Origin: a bacterium
GTDB lineage: Bacteria; Cyanobacteriota; Vampirovibrionia; LMEP-6097
NCBI GenBank assembly: GCA_038146805.1
Contig: JAYQSH010000005.1
Span: 297,582 to 361,581, forward strand
Length of the DNA: 64,000 nucleotides
Direction: 5' to 3'
Within the stretch, counting starts at the first letter, position 1. Each line of letters opens with the position of its first letter. Positions 10,501-22,160 of this stretch are shown piece after piece. The notes under the pieces are model-generated. The model was not told the origin of the DNA. It saw nothing but the letters and a program-made list of their open reading frames with translations, and did no database searches. The translations under genes were made by a program, and so were the position numbers.

Positions 10501-10611
10501 AAAAATAGGACAAAAATAACCCGGTCCGAAGTGTCTTAAAAATAGGACAAAAACAACACGGTCCGCAGTGTCTTAAAAATAGGACAAAAACAACACGGTC
10601 CGCAGTGTCTT
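10501..10611 (-). repeat. 3 x 37-bp tandem REP-like repeat downstream of prfA
   Basis: Unit AAAAATAGGACAAAAAYAACMCGGTCCGMAGTGTCTT repeated three times with no spacers. Confidence 0.92.
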
Positions 10612-10617
10612 AAAAAA

Positions 10618-11733
10618 CTAATTTGCTAACTCTTCTAAAAGAGCTTTTTGGTCATAGGCAAGCAAGGTATTAAATAGTTCATCGAGCTCACCTTCAATGA
10701 TTTTTTTCAGAACAAAATTTACATGGATGCGATGTTCAGATACTCTGTCATCTTTGTAATTATAAGTTCTAATTTTTTCTTCTCTACCACCGGTACCAAC
10801 TTGATTTTTTCTCAAGTTCCTTTGCTCCTGTTCTTGTTTATACCTTTCTTCTTCATATAGTTTGGTTTTTAACATCTTCATAGCTTTTTCACGGTTTTGC
10901 AATTGTGATCTCTCTTCTCTACATTGCACCACAATTCCAGTTGGCTTATGTTCAATACGCACAGCACTTTCTACTTTGTTTACGTTTTGTCCACCAGCAC
11001 CACCAGCACGACAAGTCGTTAAAATCAAATCTTCAGGCTTAATTTCAATTTGAATATCATCATCAATTTCCGGCATAATTGCTACCGTTACGGTTGACGT
11101 ATGTACCCTACCTTGAGATTCAGTCGCTGGCACTCTTTGCACACGATGCACACCAGACTCATACTTAAATCTAGAATAAACATCTTCACCGTGAACCTCA
11201 AAAACAATTTCTTTAAAACCACCATGTTCAGAATCATTCGAATCAATCAACTTATGAGTCCAACCAATGTTGTCACAAAATCTAGTATACATGCGGTATA
11301 GATCACCAACAAAAATTGCAGCTTCATCACCACCAGCACCTGCTCTAATTTCAACCAAAATATCTTTTTCATCATTAGGATCTTTTGGTAACAATAAAAT
11401 CTTTAATTTTTCGGCAAGTGCGGGCATTGCTTCTTGAGCTTCATCAATTTCCATTTGGGCAAGCTCACGCATTTCCTTATCGTCTGTTTCTTTTAAAATT
11501 TCTTTACCGTTTTGTACTTGTTTTTCGTATTGTTTATAGGTATTAAATTCTTCAACTGTTTTTTCAAGCTTCTTAAGTTTTTTAGTAATTGATTGATATT
11601 CGGTTTGATTAGAAAAAATTTCTGGGTCTGCAAGTTTTTCTTGCATAGCTTTATAACTAGCCTCTGTTTCTTCTAATTTTTTATATAGGGTTTTATCGAT
11701 CATGTTCAACTTTACTATTTTACAGCTTAACAA
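10618..11733 (-). CDS. prfA: Peptide chain release factor 1 (start probably 11703)
   Basis: GGQ motif, PAT specificity tripeptide, [11 protein letters not shown]. Confidence 0.97.
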   Translation of the reverse strand: MLSCKIVKLNMIDKTLYKKLEETEASYKAMQEKLADPEIFSNQTEYQSITKKLKKLEKTVEEFNTYKQYEKQVQNGKEILKETDDKEMRELAQMEIDEAQEAMPALAEKLKILLLPKDPNDEKDILVEIRAGAGGDEAAIFVGDLYRMYTRFCDNIGWTHKLIDSNDSEHGGFKEIVFEVHGEDVYSRFKYESGVHRVQRVPATESQGRVHTSTVTVAIMPEIDDDIQIEIKPEDLILTTCRAGGAGGQNVNKVESAVRIEHKPTGIVVQCREERSQLQNREKAMKMLKTKLYEEERYKQEQEQRNLRKNQVGTGGREEKIRTYNYKDDRVSEHRIHVNFVLKKIIEGELDELFNTLLAYDQKALLEELAN

Positions 11734-11836
11734 GCTAATTTACTCGCGTAAATACTAGCTTTTTAACTATTTTAAAGCTTTAAAAATCTTTAAAGCATTA
11801 AAATAAGGCAATTTCGCTATAATTAACAATCTAAAT

Positions 11837-13210
11837 ATGGTTTCTAACGCTTTAAATCAAAATTTTGGTGGCAAAACTGGCTCAAAGTTTGATAGTTCTA
11901 TTTTGCCAAATAGTATTGAAGCTGAACAAGCAGTTATTGGAGCAATTATTGTTGACCCTGATGCTTTTTCTAGGGTCATCGATGTCATTGATAGTTCAGA
12001 ATATTTTTACAAAAGCCAGCACCAAGAAATTTTTTCTGCGTTAATGACACTCACTGAAAAAAGTGAAAACATCGACTTGGTAACAATTGCACAAATACTT
12101 AAAGACAAAGATTTATTAGAAAAGATTGGCGGCGTTGAGTATTTAGACTCTTTAACTGAACGTGCACCAATTGCGGCAAATGCCCCTTACTATGCAAAAA
12201 TCATCAAATCAAAATCACTTTTGAGAAATATGATTCTTGCTGGAAATGAAATTGTTGAACTTGGACACAACACACACGAAGACTTAGATAGCTTAGTTGA
12301 TAAAGCAGAACAAATAATTTTCAATTTGTCACAATCAAAATCTAAAAACCAACTTACTCATATCGGAGACTTAGTTCATCAATCATGGAAAATTTTAGAA
12401 GAACGCGAAGCAAACAAAGGTCAACTTAGCGGAGTAAATACCGGCTTTTTTGATTTGAATACCTTAACTTCCGGTTTTCAAAAAAGTGATTTGATTATTT
12501 TGGCGGCAAGACCTGCAATGGGAAAAACTTCTTTTGCTTTAAACTTAGCTGAAAACGTTGCTTTAAAAGCCAAAAGACCTGTTGCTGTCTTTTCTTTGGA
12601 GATGTCTAAAGAACAATTAGTACAAAGATTACTCTGCGCGCGAGCTGAAGTGGATAGCTCTAGAGTACGTACTGGTCAATTACATAGTGAAGACTGGGAA
12701 AAACTCGGTGAAGCCATGGCTGAGCTTGGCGAAGCACCAATTTATATCGATGATTCTGCTGGTGTTACGGTCATGGAACTTAGAGGTAAATGTCGCCGAC
12801 TTCAGGCACAATGTGGTGGAGATCTAGGTTTGATCGTAATCGATTATTTACAGTTAATTGAAGGGCGCAGTAATGACAACAGAATTAATCAAATTTCTGA
12901 AATCTCTAGAGGATTAAAACTCATTGCTAGAGAAATCAATGTACCAGTTTTAGCTCTATCACAGCTTTCTCGTGCAGTTGAAGCAAGACAAGACAAAAGA
13001 CCGATGCTTTCTGACTTGAGAGAATCAGGTTCAATCGAACAGGATGCAGATATTGTGATGTTTATATATAGAGATGATTATTACAATGACGAATCTGAAA
13101 AACCGGGTATCGCAGATATTATAATCGCCAAGCAACGTTCAGGACCAACTGGACAAATAGAGCTGTTATTTCAAAACAATATTACTAAATTTAAAAATCC
13201 GTTGCAGTAA
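11837..13210 (+). CDS. dnaB: Replicative DNA helicase
   Basis: AARPAMGKT Walker A, FSLEMS, IDYLQL, LSQLSR, DLRESGSIEQDAD. Confidence 0.98.
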   Translation: MVSNALNQNFGGKTGSKFDSSILPNSIEAEQAVIGAIIVDPDAFSRVIDVIDSSEYFYKSQHQEIFSALMTLTEKSENIDLVTIAQILKDKDLLEKIGGVEYLDSLTERAPIAANAPYYAKIIKSKSLLRNMILAGNEIVELGHNTHEDLDSLVDKAEQIIFNLSQSKSKNQLTHIGDLVHQSWKILEEREANKGQLSGVNTGFFDLNTLTSGFQKSDLIILAARPAMGKTSFALNLAENVALKAKRPVAVFSLEMSKEQLVQRLLCARAEVDSSRVRTGQLHSEDWEKLGEAMAELGEAPIYIDDSAGVTVMELRGKCRRLQAQCGGDLGLIVIDYLQLIEGRSNDNRINQISEISRGLKLIAREINVPVLALSQLSRAVEARQDKRPMLSDLRESGSIEQDADIVMFIYRDDYYNDESEKPGIADIIIAKQRSGPTGQIELLFQNNITKFKNPLQ

Positions 13211-13214
13211 TTTG

Positions 13215-15280
13215 TTTGTTTTGCAAAGTAATTCATTAATATCTAAGTTAGATTGCTCAAAACTTTGAATATAGCTTGAAGGTTTATGTGTGATGCAAAT
13301 GACTGTTAAATCAGGGTGAGTTTCAGGTTTTAAGAGCTCTAAAAAAATCTGTTGTCGTTTTTCATCAAAAGTGGGTTCATCTAAAACAGAATCTTTGTTT
13401 TTAAACTCTTAATAAGGCTCGCGCAATTCCAATACGAGCTTTTTGACCAACGATGGTTTTTTTTTTCATCTAAGTTATCAACAAAATTTTGCAAATCTAA
13501 TTTATTTAAAGTTGTTAAAATCATCTACTTTTCTAGATGTATAAAAGGCAGAGTTTTTCCCTCTAAAAGTTTAGGAGATTGCCGCAAGATCAGAATCATC
13601 ACCAAATTGTTATTGCATTTCTATCTAATCACAATACTAATAGAACATTACTTGGTGCGTAAAAAAACATCTTATTAAATTTTCGAACGTTCTGACAAAA
13701 AGATTTTCTAATGAAAGTGGGTCTTTATAAATATTTTACAACTAATATCATGCAAACTAGACATTTTTGAGAATTTTAAATTGTTTTTCCTTAAAGCTCC
13801 TCCATCTCTTGAACAAATTGTAATTCTTTTAAAAAATTTTGACTGGACATTACTAAATTTATAAAAGGACCCACAACAGAAGCACCAACCATTCCACCAG
13901 AGATTGCTTCTTCTTTTGAAATTTGATCAAATTCATATAAACCTAAACCAAGACCAGCAGTAGCACTTTGAGCCAAAGAAAAATACAGAATTTAAAGTTT
14001 TAGTCATTTTATAGTTTAATTCTTGTAATTTAATTGCCAACTCATCTTCTTCATTTTGTTTTGTTTCTAAAGTACCAGCTATAACTTCTGGATGAGCCGA
14101 AGTCAAAACCTCATCTGCGTTTCAACTATCTTGGATCTCTTTTGTAGCCTTTTCTCTAGCTTTTTGGTTTTGCTCTTGCAAATCTTGAAACTCAGGCAAA
14201 AAATTAGTCGCTTGTTTAAAAATAATTGGCAAAGAAACCATGCTAGAAGCAAACAAAGCTGGATGAACAGCCCCCATAAATAATACAGAAGAAGCGATAG
14301 AAATTGCTTGAGGAGCTAATTGTGCTGTTAATGTTGCAATTAAATTAATAGATGAATTTCTACCTCTAGCTAAAACAGTATGAATTTGAGCAAAGCGAGA
14401 CTCATCTATATTTTCGTAATCCTTTAATAATAAGGCATCAGCAATTCTTTGATTTAATTGTCTTTGCAATGGCTTAGTAAAATCAGTATGTTTTTCTTTG
14501 GTGCTATCAGTAACACTGATACCAATACCATTTAAAAAGCTCCAAGGAAAACTCCTAGGACTATTTGAAATAAACAGCCATAAGATTGGATGTCAATGAG
14601 TCGTTAGAACATGTTTGGCAAAGTCTGCTTTCTTTTCATCCACTGCATATTCTTTATTAAGGTATTTTAAAACCTTCATGATATTTTCTAAACTATATCT
14701 ATTTGGATTTAAAAGATCTATAAAATGTTTAGATTGTCTTTTTGTTAATCCATATTTTGTGGCAAGAGCTCTTGTTAGCTTATCTCGTTCTTGAGATGCT
14801 TTTTTATTTTCCGAAAAAAACTTTTCTACATCAGTCATAAAATGTTTTGCGTTTATTTCTTCCACTAAAGAAATAAACATAAAGTCTAACTGTGCCGCTA
14901 AAACATAAGCTTTTTTGAAGGAAATTGCTCCAATAAAAATCTATGTCAAGCATCAACTCGATGAGCAAAGAAATGATCATAATCTCAGGAACTTTAGAAG
15001 AATGATATTTTCTAATTGAGATGCCAAATTAGCAGACAATTCTTGATCAAAAGCTGGAATTTCTGAAACCGTCTGTCAATTAACTTTTTTTTTGTGCTTG
15101 ATGTTCAGAAATTAATAAGTTTAATCCCAAAGCGTAATCATTATAGTCCAAAGGCTGCTCGGGAGAATCACTAAAACACGGTGAAATTTACTTTGTTTAG
15201 CTTTCATGCCTTTCTATACCAGAACTAATACCATAATTAGCTTGGGGTGTAACGCCCAAAGCCCTATTAATTTGACTCAT
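13215..15280 (-). pseudogene. Fragmented fused ABC transporter (permease + ATPase) with a long N-terminal extension
   Basis: Minus-strand fragments read GQKARIGIARA (signature), LDEPT (Walker B) and ICITH (H-loop). TM fragments at 14122-14469 and 13791-13976; ATG with GAGG RBS at 15280; many frameshifts. Confidence 0.7.
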
Positions 15281-15430
15281 AAAATACCTCTTTGCTAAGA
15301 TTTAATAATCTAAATGTTAGATATATAAGTTCAAATTTTTCGAATATTTATAGGTGCAATAGCCCCTTTTGTTTTTATCTTGAGGCATACCTATCTGTAT
15401 ATTTTAGTCTAGGATTGATTTTTATAGATT

Positions 15431-16312
15431 CTATCTAAATCTTGCTTTTAGATCTTCTGCTTGAGCCGCACTAACACCCAAATCATGATTTACAAGAGCA
15501 GTTGCTAAAGTATCTTTTTCTTCTGCTTCGTAGCATGGACGTTCGTTTTGATAAAAAATACCAGTTGCAATTCTATCACCATAAGTATCTCTATTGGCAA
15601 TTTCCATTGCTTTGTTCCAATCTGATTTATCATGACCTTCTGCATTCATGTCATAAGTATTTTCTCTATAGAACTGTGCTGTATTCACTTTGTTAAAAGT
15701 TACACAAGGAGAAAAAGTATCAACCAAAGCAAAACCCTTATGCTCGATTGCCGCTTTATAAATCTCAACAGCTTGTTTTGGATTACCAGAAAAAGCTCTT
15801 GCAACAAAACTCGCACCAGAACCTAAAGCCATAGTAATTGGATTTAAAGGAACTTCAGGATTACCAAACGGAGTAGATTTTGTTTTCATACCAAAACCAC
15901 TAGTTGGAGAAGTTTGACCAGTTGTTAAACCATAAATTGAATTATTCATAACAATATAAGTCATATCAATGTTACGTCTTAAAGCGTGAACCAAATGTCC
16001 AACACCAATTCCATAACCATCACCATCACCACCACAAGCAACAACAGTCATATCAGTGTTTGCCAATTTGAAGCCTTGAGCGTTAGGTAATGATCTACCA
16101 TGCAAAGTATGCATTCCGTAAGTGTTCATAAAACCCGGAAGATTTGAAGAACAACCAATACCAGAAATAACAGCAACTTGATGTTGTTGTAAACCTTTTT
16201 CTGCTAATGCTCTTTGCAAAATATTGATTACACCAAAGTCACCACAACCCGGGCACCAATCAGGATGAACTTCACCTTTAAAATCTTTTGCTTGTAATGT
16301 TGCTTCTGCCAT
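15431..16312 (-). CDS. korB: 2-oxoacid:ferredoxin oxidoreductase beta subunit
   Basis: WCPGCG, SGIGCS, GDGD TPP motif, YGLTTGQTSPT, SPCVTFN. Substrate not determinable. Confidence 0.93.
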   Translation of the reverse strand: MAEATLQAKDFKGEVHPDWCPGCGDFGVINILQRALAEKGLQQHQVAVISGIGCSSNLPGFMNTYGMHTLHGRSLPNAQGFKLANTDMTVVACGGDGDGYGIGVGHLVHALRRNIDMTYIVMNNSIYGLTTGQTSPTSGFGMKTKSTPFGNPEVPLNPITMALGSGASFVARAFSGNPKQAVEIYKAAIEHKGFALVDTFSPCVTFNKVNTAQFYRENTYDMNAEGHDKSDWNKAMEIANRDTYGDRIATGIFYQNERPCYEAEEKDTLATALVNHDLGVSAAQAEDLKARFR

Positions 16313-16351
16313 AATATTAATTCCTTTTTTTTATAACTTAAACCTTTGTAC

Positions 16352-18142
16352 TTATGCTTTCACCAAATCTCTGTTGTTTGCTAATTGCTTAAACTCATTA
16401 ACAATAAACTGACCAGTAAATGGCTCACCATCCCATCTGTTGATATGCTCAGTTACTTCAAAACCAGTCTCAGCAAGCAATTGTCTGCACATAGAGTTGC
16501 ACATATTTGTCTCAACTGAAATGATTCTTTTGCATTTTGCAATTTGCTTCAAAGTCGCTTCTCTTGGAATAGGGAAAATATCAGTAAAGTGTAAATGGTT
16601 TACTTTTGTTCCTTCTTCTTTAAGCATATTGATTGCTTCTTGAGCATAGCCATAAGAAGAACCCCAAGTCATAAATGTGATATCTGCATTTTCATCACCC
16701 TCTAATGTTGGTGCTTTAACATCTCCAGTATCAATCATAGTCTTCACTTTACGCATACGCTTTGCATGCATTTTTACTCTAGCTTCACGAGCATGCGGTA
16801 AACCAGCTTCAACGTCAGACATTACATGTCCGTATTCGTTGTGTTCATCTGAAGGAGGAACATACATAGCACCCGGCGCACCCGGCATTACTCTATGCGA
16901 GATGCCATCTTCTGTGTACTCATAACGCTTATAACGCTCTTCTTTATCCCAAGTTTTTGAGAATTTACCTCTTTCGATTTCTACTTTATTAAAGTCTAAA
17001 TCATCAACTGTTTCAAAATGCTCTGATAAAAAGAAATCAGAAAGAATCAAAACAGGACACTGATATTTTTCAGCCATATTCAAAGCTCTCGCCGCTTGAT
17101 AAAATGCATCTTCTGGATCTTTTGGAGCAACTACAAATCTTGGAGAATCTCCGTTTCCAGCCATCGCTAAATTAATATCTGATTGTTCTTGTTTAGTTGG
17201 AACTCCAGTAGAAGGACCACCACGAGAAACTACCACGCAGACCGCGGGAATCTCAGTCATTGCCGCAAGACCAACAGCCTCAACCATCAAACAATATCCA
17301 CCACCAGCAGTTGCAGTTGCCGCACGTACACCAGCCGCACCAGCACCAACTACCATATTCATTGCCGCAAGCTCATCTTCAACTTGTTTAATCAAAACTT
17401 TTTGCTTAGGACCAATTGTAGAAATATAGTGCAAAATTCCAGTCGCTGGGCTCATTGGATAAGCAGAATATAATTTAAGTCCACCAGCAGTAAAACCAAG
17501 ACCAAATGCCTCGTTACCAGTTAAAAACATTTTTGCTTTACCATCGCCTTTAAGCTCCGCAAATTTTTCTTTGACATTAGCTTTCGCAAACTCAGCACCC
17601 AAATTAAATACAGCTTGGTTTAGCTCTACAACTTGATCACCTTTCTTTTGGAATTTGTGTTGAATAAACTCAAGTGGTTCTTTCAAATCAAGTCCTGTCG
17701 CTTGAATCAAAGCACCTGAAAGCATGGTGTTGATCATAACTGGGCTTACACCTTGTAAACCAGCTTCTTCAACCATAGTTTTAAAATCTAATCCATAAAA
17801 ATTAACATCTGAGCGCATCGCTTCGATATCTTCTTGTTTGATTGTTGCAGAGTTATAAAAAACCACACCACCAGATTTAACATCAGGTACGTGCACTTCA
17901 GGAGAAGTTTTGTTGAATAATAAACAAATCTCTGGCTCATCACAATGATCTAATTGTTTTTCAGGACCAATCGCCATCTGTAACCAAACGTGACCACCAC
18001 GAATTGCAGACTGAAACGAATTATAAGCCATTACATGAAGACCCATTCTTGAACAAGTCTTTCCTAAAATCTCACCAGTTGAAGCGATACCGTCTCCGGC
18101 TGCACCAGCGATTCTTACTATTACTCTATTTTTCTTAGACAT
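16352..18142 (-). CDS. korA: 2-oxoacid:ferredoxin oxidoreductase alpha subunit (gamma-alpha fusion)
   Basis: AGAAGDGI, IRGG, YPMSP, EDE, RGGPSTGVPTK, WGSS motifs. Confidence 0.93.
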   Translation of the reverse strand: MSKKNRVIVRIAGAAGDGIASTGEILGKTCSRMGLHVMAYNSFQSAIRGGHVWLQMAIGPEKQLDHCDEPEICLLFNKTSPEVHVPDVKSGGVVFYNSATIKQEDIEAMRSDVNFYGLDFKTMVEEAGLQGVSPVMINTMLSGALIQATGLDLKEPLEFIQHKFQKKGDQVVELNQAVFNLGAEFAKANVKEKFAELKGDGKAKMFLTGNEAFGLGFTAGGLKLYSAYPMSPATGILHYISTIGPKQKVLIKQVEDELAAMNMVVGAGAAGVRAATATAGGGYCLMVEAVGLAAMTEIPAVCVVVSRGGPSTGVPTKQEQSDINLAMAGNGDSPRFVVAPKDPEDAFYQAARALNMAEKYQCPVLILSDFFLSEHFETVDDLDFNKVEIERGKFSKTWDKEERYKRYEYTEDGISHRVMPGAPGAMYVPPSDEHNEYGHVMSDVEAGLPHAREARVKMHAKRMRKVKTMIDTGDVKAPTLEGDENADITFMTWGSSYGYAQEAINMLKEEGTKVNHLHFTDIFPIPREATLKQIAKCKRIISVETNMCNSMCRQLLAETGFEVTEHINRWDGEPFTGQFIVNEFKQLANNRDLVKA

Positions 18143-18264
18143 ATATTTACTTAAAACCTTTTTTATTTATAACCATGCTTATTATAAAACACAGACAGTG
18201 AGATATTTGTAAAATCAGGCTGAAATAAAGTAAATATTTATAATATGCAAAATGGGTAAATACC

Positions 18265-19005
18265 CTAAAGTGCCTTCTCAAATTCAAGAATAGTTGCTTT
18301 TGCCTTGTAATTTTCAGCTGTTTCTTTGTCACCAAGTTTCATATAAAAAATCGATAAATTCATAAGCGCCATGGCGTTTTTAGGGTTAATTAGCTCTAAA
18401 ACTTGCATTATTTTGATAGCTTCAGCAAAATTCTCTTGTTTGGCATACATAACACCCAAACTTTCGTAGGCATCTTCATTTTTAGGGTCTTCTTTGATAG
18501 CTTTTTTTAATAGCTCTATAGCTGGATCAAGTTCTTCTTGATTATTTTTTGCATTAGCAAAAATTTCTAAAGCTTGATCTAGGAAAATTTTTGCTCTTTC
18601 TTCTTTCTTTTTAAGTCCAATATTTTTAAATTTTGCCAAAACTTCTTGCCCCGGGAAACAGCCTTTAGCAAAGTCGATATATTTTTCTAATATATTTTGT
18701 TGGCGTTCATAAAGTTTTACGATAGATTCTTCAAAAACAAAATCATCCAACTCATGTTTACTTGCAAAGCTATTATCAATTTCAATTTCTAGTTCTTCTA
18801 TGATAATAAATTTTTCTAAGTGTTCTTTGAGTTCTTTTGGGTTCTTACAAAAAACCAAGAACGCACCCTCTATAGTTTGCTCAATGAAAGTCAGTGAAAC
18901 GATTTGCGCCTTTGCTTTTAAAAAAGCATTATAGTCATTAAATTTATTAGAAGCTTGTCTTAATAAAAAATCTTTTGCATCTTTTCCGGAAATTTTTAAA
19001 GTCAT
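18265..19005 (-). CDS. Shortened YgfZ/GcvT-like domain fused to a C-terminal TPR domain
   Basis: ISGKDAKDFL start, KGCFPGQE signature, then TPR helices (AYESLGVMY, ALMNLSIFY). Confidence 0.75.
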   Translation of the reverse strand: MTLKISGKDAKDFLLRQASNKFNDYNAFLKAKAQIVSLTFIEQTIEGAFLVFCKNPKELKEHLEKFIIIEELEIEIDNSFASKHELDDFVFEESIVKLYERQQNILEKYIDFAKGCFPGQEVLAKFKNIGLKKKEERAKIFLDQALEIFANAKNNQEELDPAIELLKKAIKEDPKNEDAYESLGVMYAKQENFAEAIKIMQVLELINPKNAMALMNLSIFYMKLGDKETAENYKAKATILEFEKAL

Positions 19006-19007
19006 TT

Positions 19008-19373
19008 TTAAAATACAGAAAAACTTTCACCGCAACCACAAGTATTAGTTGCGTTTGGATTTCGAAAAACAAAACCTTTGCCCATTAAACCATCATCAAA
19101 TTCAACAGTCATTCCTTTTAGGTAGATAGCACTTTTGGGATCAATAAAAACTTTTATTGCTTTGATATTTGCGGCGGCATCTGGGTTGGCAAATTCTTGA
19201 ATTAGGTCTTTGTCATTTTTAGCATCGAATCTTAGATCATAGCTCATACCACTACAGCCACCACCTTTAATTGCTAGCCGCAAGCCATGATCTTCATGGC
19301 TTTTGTCTTCTTTTGCAAGCAGAAGTGCCACTTGTTTTATTGCTTTTTCATTTAATTCAACAATATTTGTCAT
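19008..19373 (-). CDS. iscA: Fe-S cluster assembly A-type carrier (IscA/HesB family)
   Basis: GGGCSG and CGCGESF motifs. Confidence 0.93.
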   Translation of the reverse strand: MTNIVELNEKAIKQVALLLAKEDKSHEDHGLRLAIKGGGCSGMSYDLRFDAKNDKDLIQEFANPDAAANIKAIKVFIDPKSAIYLKGMTVEFDDGLMGKGFVFRNPNATNTCGCGESFSVF

Positions 19374-19595
19374 AGTCAGCCTTGTCTATACTCTTTAGAC
19401 GCTATTGTTATTATACCTTGTTAGTCTTATAAATTTATTAAGGGTTTTTTTGCATAATTTATTTTTTAGCGTGATATATTTTTTGAGTGACTAAAAGCAA
19501 GCTTTTAGAGTCATTAGATTCACTTGCTTTCCCGAGGTAGTGGCTTACTAAAAAGTTGTAGCATAATCTTGTAAACCTCGGTGAGCCACAAACAC

Positions 19596-19640
19596 GCGCC
19601 AGTAGCTCAGCTGGATAGAGCATCTGCCTTCTAAGCAGAT
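19596..19640 (+). tRNA. 5' part of tRNA-Arg(UCU); T-arm and 3' acceptor strand missing (truncated/pseudo)
   Basis: GCGCCAG-TAGCTCAGCTGGATAGAGC-A-TCTGC-CTTCTAA-GCAGA; anticodon TCT at 19630-19632; no GGTTCG or CTGGCGC follows. Confidence 0.85.
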
Positions 19641-19699
19641 AAGCTTGAAGTATCAAGCCCCAGCCTATCTAAATGCCAGTTTTCGATTTTCTAAATTGT

Positions 19700-21100
19700 C
19701 TGATACCAAGAATATAATCCTTCATCCATCTTTTTTGTTGTAAATCTTCAGATACAGTTTTAATAAATGGTTCTTGCATGTACTTCTAATATTGTACTTT
19801 TGACTAATCTAATCTCTTTTGAATTTGTCATCAACTTGTTTGTAAATCAATTTCAGCAAGAAATTCAATCAAATTTGTCCCGTCATTAATATTTAAAGCT
19901 ACTTTTGTCTTGATTTTGTATTAATAGGCCCTTCATTACTTTAAAGACTATGTCGTAAATCTTGATCTGAATAATTTACAAAATAGTCAAATAGTTTGGC
20001 ATTAGCAACATGCTCTTTCTTAATTGATGGAATTGATTCCAATTCTTCAGTAAGTTCTTCTACGAATTTTATAAGTTCTCTATCTTTATCAGTTTCTGCA
20101 ATAAAAGTCTTTTCTGGATCAATAATTCCAAACTCCTCCATAAAAGTTCTTGATACTCTTGTGAAAGATTTTGAGGTAGCTGTATTCCTTTTTGGTATTG
20201 AAAAAAATCTCTCTGTTCCAGAGTTCACACCTTTTGTTAACGAGATAATGAGTTTCTCGATAAATAATCTGATAATATTTTTTGAATATCTTGGTAAAGC
20301 GCTTGTCTTTCATCTTTCTTTTAATTTGAGTATCATTGTTACCAACAGTTTTGAGCCATAGCATTCGCCATCACAGCCCCTGAGGTTAGCGCCTTGATTA
20401 AATTCTTTTATTGCATCCAAGCATGGTTAAAAGCGTATAAGCCTAATCTCTTTAAAAATTTAGCTCTTGAAAACACCTGCATGAAAATGCGAAATTCCTG
20501 GTATATGTTTATCCAGCAATTTTCGTGAATCTGTTTCCCAGAAAATAACATTGATGTATTAAATTAAGCAGATTTTTGCTGCTTCACTTTGGTATTGGGT
20601 ATTAATACCTAGAGATTTAACGGTTTGAGTTAATTTTGAGAAACCACATAACTATAAAAGTAAATTTAAGATAAACTTTGATATTTCATTTTCTAAACAA
20701 TTTTTTGAATTAACTGAAGAGTTTGAAAGGAAGAAATATGCCAAATTCAATAATTTTTTCAGCTATGTTTTATCAGCAAACTTCCGAATCAACACCATCT
20801 GACCATCTTCAAACCCATCAAAAAGCTGAAATAATCCATTGTGGATGCCATTATAATAAGAAACCAGGAATTAGGTAGTCTGAGTATTAATTTTTTGTCA
20901 TTTGTCAATCTAAGATTTTGATGCTACAAATTTATATGCATAGAAAGGTCAAAATGTCTTCAGCAGCCATAGGAGCTGTATCAGCTGGACTTATATCGAT
21001 ATATGCTTCAAAATTGACAAATTCATTTTTGTTCTTAAAAAAGAATCCTCTGATTTCTTCTGAAAAACTAAAGAGATACTAGTAAGGATGCCTAGTATAT
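19700..21100 (-). pseudogene. Fragmented hypothetical coding region
   Basis: Overlapping minus-strand fragments (19941-20228, 20119-20364 and short readable stretches upstream); no family recognised; boundaries approximate. Confidence 0.35.
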
Positions 21101-21201
21101 CTTTAAGACATATTATAATTAAAAGATTGTTAGCTATTTGATTTACTGAATTTTCTGAGCATCCTTAACTAAAAAATACCCCTGGGGGTATAATAAATCT
21201 A

Positions 21202-21832
21202 GTGTTTTTTCATTTTTTAGCAATAATAATCCTTTTTGCTAACCTACAGCCTCTTTATGCAAGACCCGTTTCATATGCTGGAGGAATCACTTTAATGCAA
21301 ATGCACAATAATATTTTGATTCTACTCACATTCATTATTCTCCAAGTTCAAAATATTCACTAGGCTATCGGATTTGAATATATTCGAAACCAAAAGTATT
21401 TTCGCTCACAGTATGCAATTAAATAATTTACTTTATAGAAAAAATGCTCAAAACTATCAAGCTAATCTATATTTAAAATCAGGCTTAGGTTTAATTCATG
21501 ACTCTAATCAAATTGAACCTCTCTTATTTTCAGGCTTAGCAGCAGACTGGGAAACAAGAAGATTGTTTGCAAGTTATTCTAATCGCTTTATGTGGGGTGG
21601 TGATGTATTCAATTTAATTAATAATAGTTGGCGACTATCTTTTGCTCCTATATTGGAGACTATGGAGATATTCATACTTGGTTGATGATACAGCTCGACC
21701 ATAACCCTATCAATGCAGAAGAGTTTATCGTAACTCCTTTAATTAAGTTTTTAAGTCAAACTATCTACTTGAAATAGGTTATAGCCTTGGAAAAGCTAAT
21801 AATATTTTTGCGAATTTTGTTTGGAGATTTAA
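21202..21832 (+). pseudogene. Frameshifted putative outer-membrane protein (RPVSYxGG-type, typically next to an HMA gene)
   Basis: GTG 21202 gives a signal peptide then ARPVSYAGG; GLAADWETRRLF in ORF 21374-21685; ends VWRF; several frameshifts. Confidence 0.55.
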
Positions 21833-21845
21833 AAAGGAGAAAAGG

Positions 21846-22160
21846 ATGACCAAAAAAATAATAATGATAATTACTTTTAGCTTGTTGTTCGTATCATTTG
21901 CTGTGCAAATAATCCAAAGAAAACACCTTATTAATTAAGCGTGAGCCTCAGCTTATCAAAGTCGAATTGCTTGGTGTTGTATGTGATTTTTGTGCAAGAG
22001 CTTTGGAGAAAACATTTGGTAAACAAAAAGAGGTATCAAAAGTAAGTGTCGACCTTGATACTAATACAATGATATTAACTCTCAAAAATGGTAAAGATTT
22101 ACCCGATGATAAGTTAGATGCAGCTTGTTGAAGATGCAAAAAGGATATATGGTCAACTTA
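21846..22160 (+). pseudogene. Frameshifted secreted heavy-metal-associated (HMA) domain protein
   Basis: AGGAG RBS and signal peptide, then in another frame GVVCDFCARALEKTFGKQKEVSKVSVDL (HMA CxxC). Absent from the ORF track. Confidence 0.7.

Noticed and set aside
10501-10611. CRISPR array (37-bp repeats)
   Set aside because: Units abut with no spacers, there are only 2-3 copies per locus, and no cas genes are in the window.
19596-19700. Group I intron in tRNA-Arg
   Set aside because: The anticodon arm is uninterrupted and no 3' exon or intron core is visible downstream.
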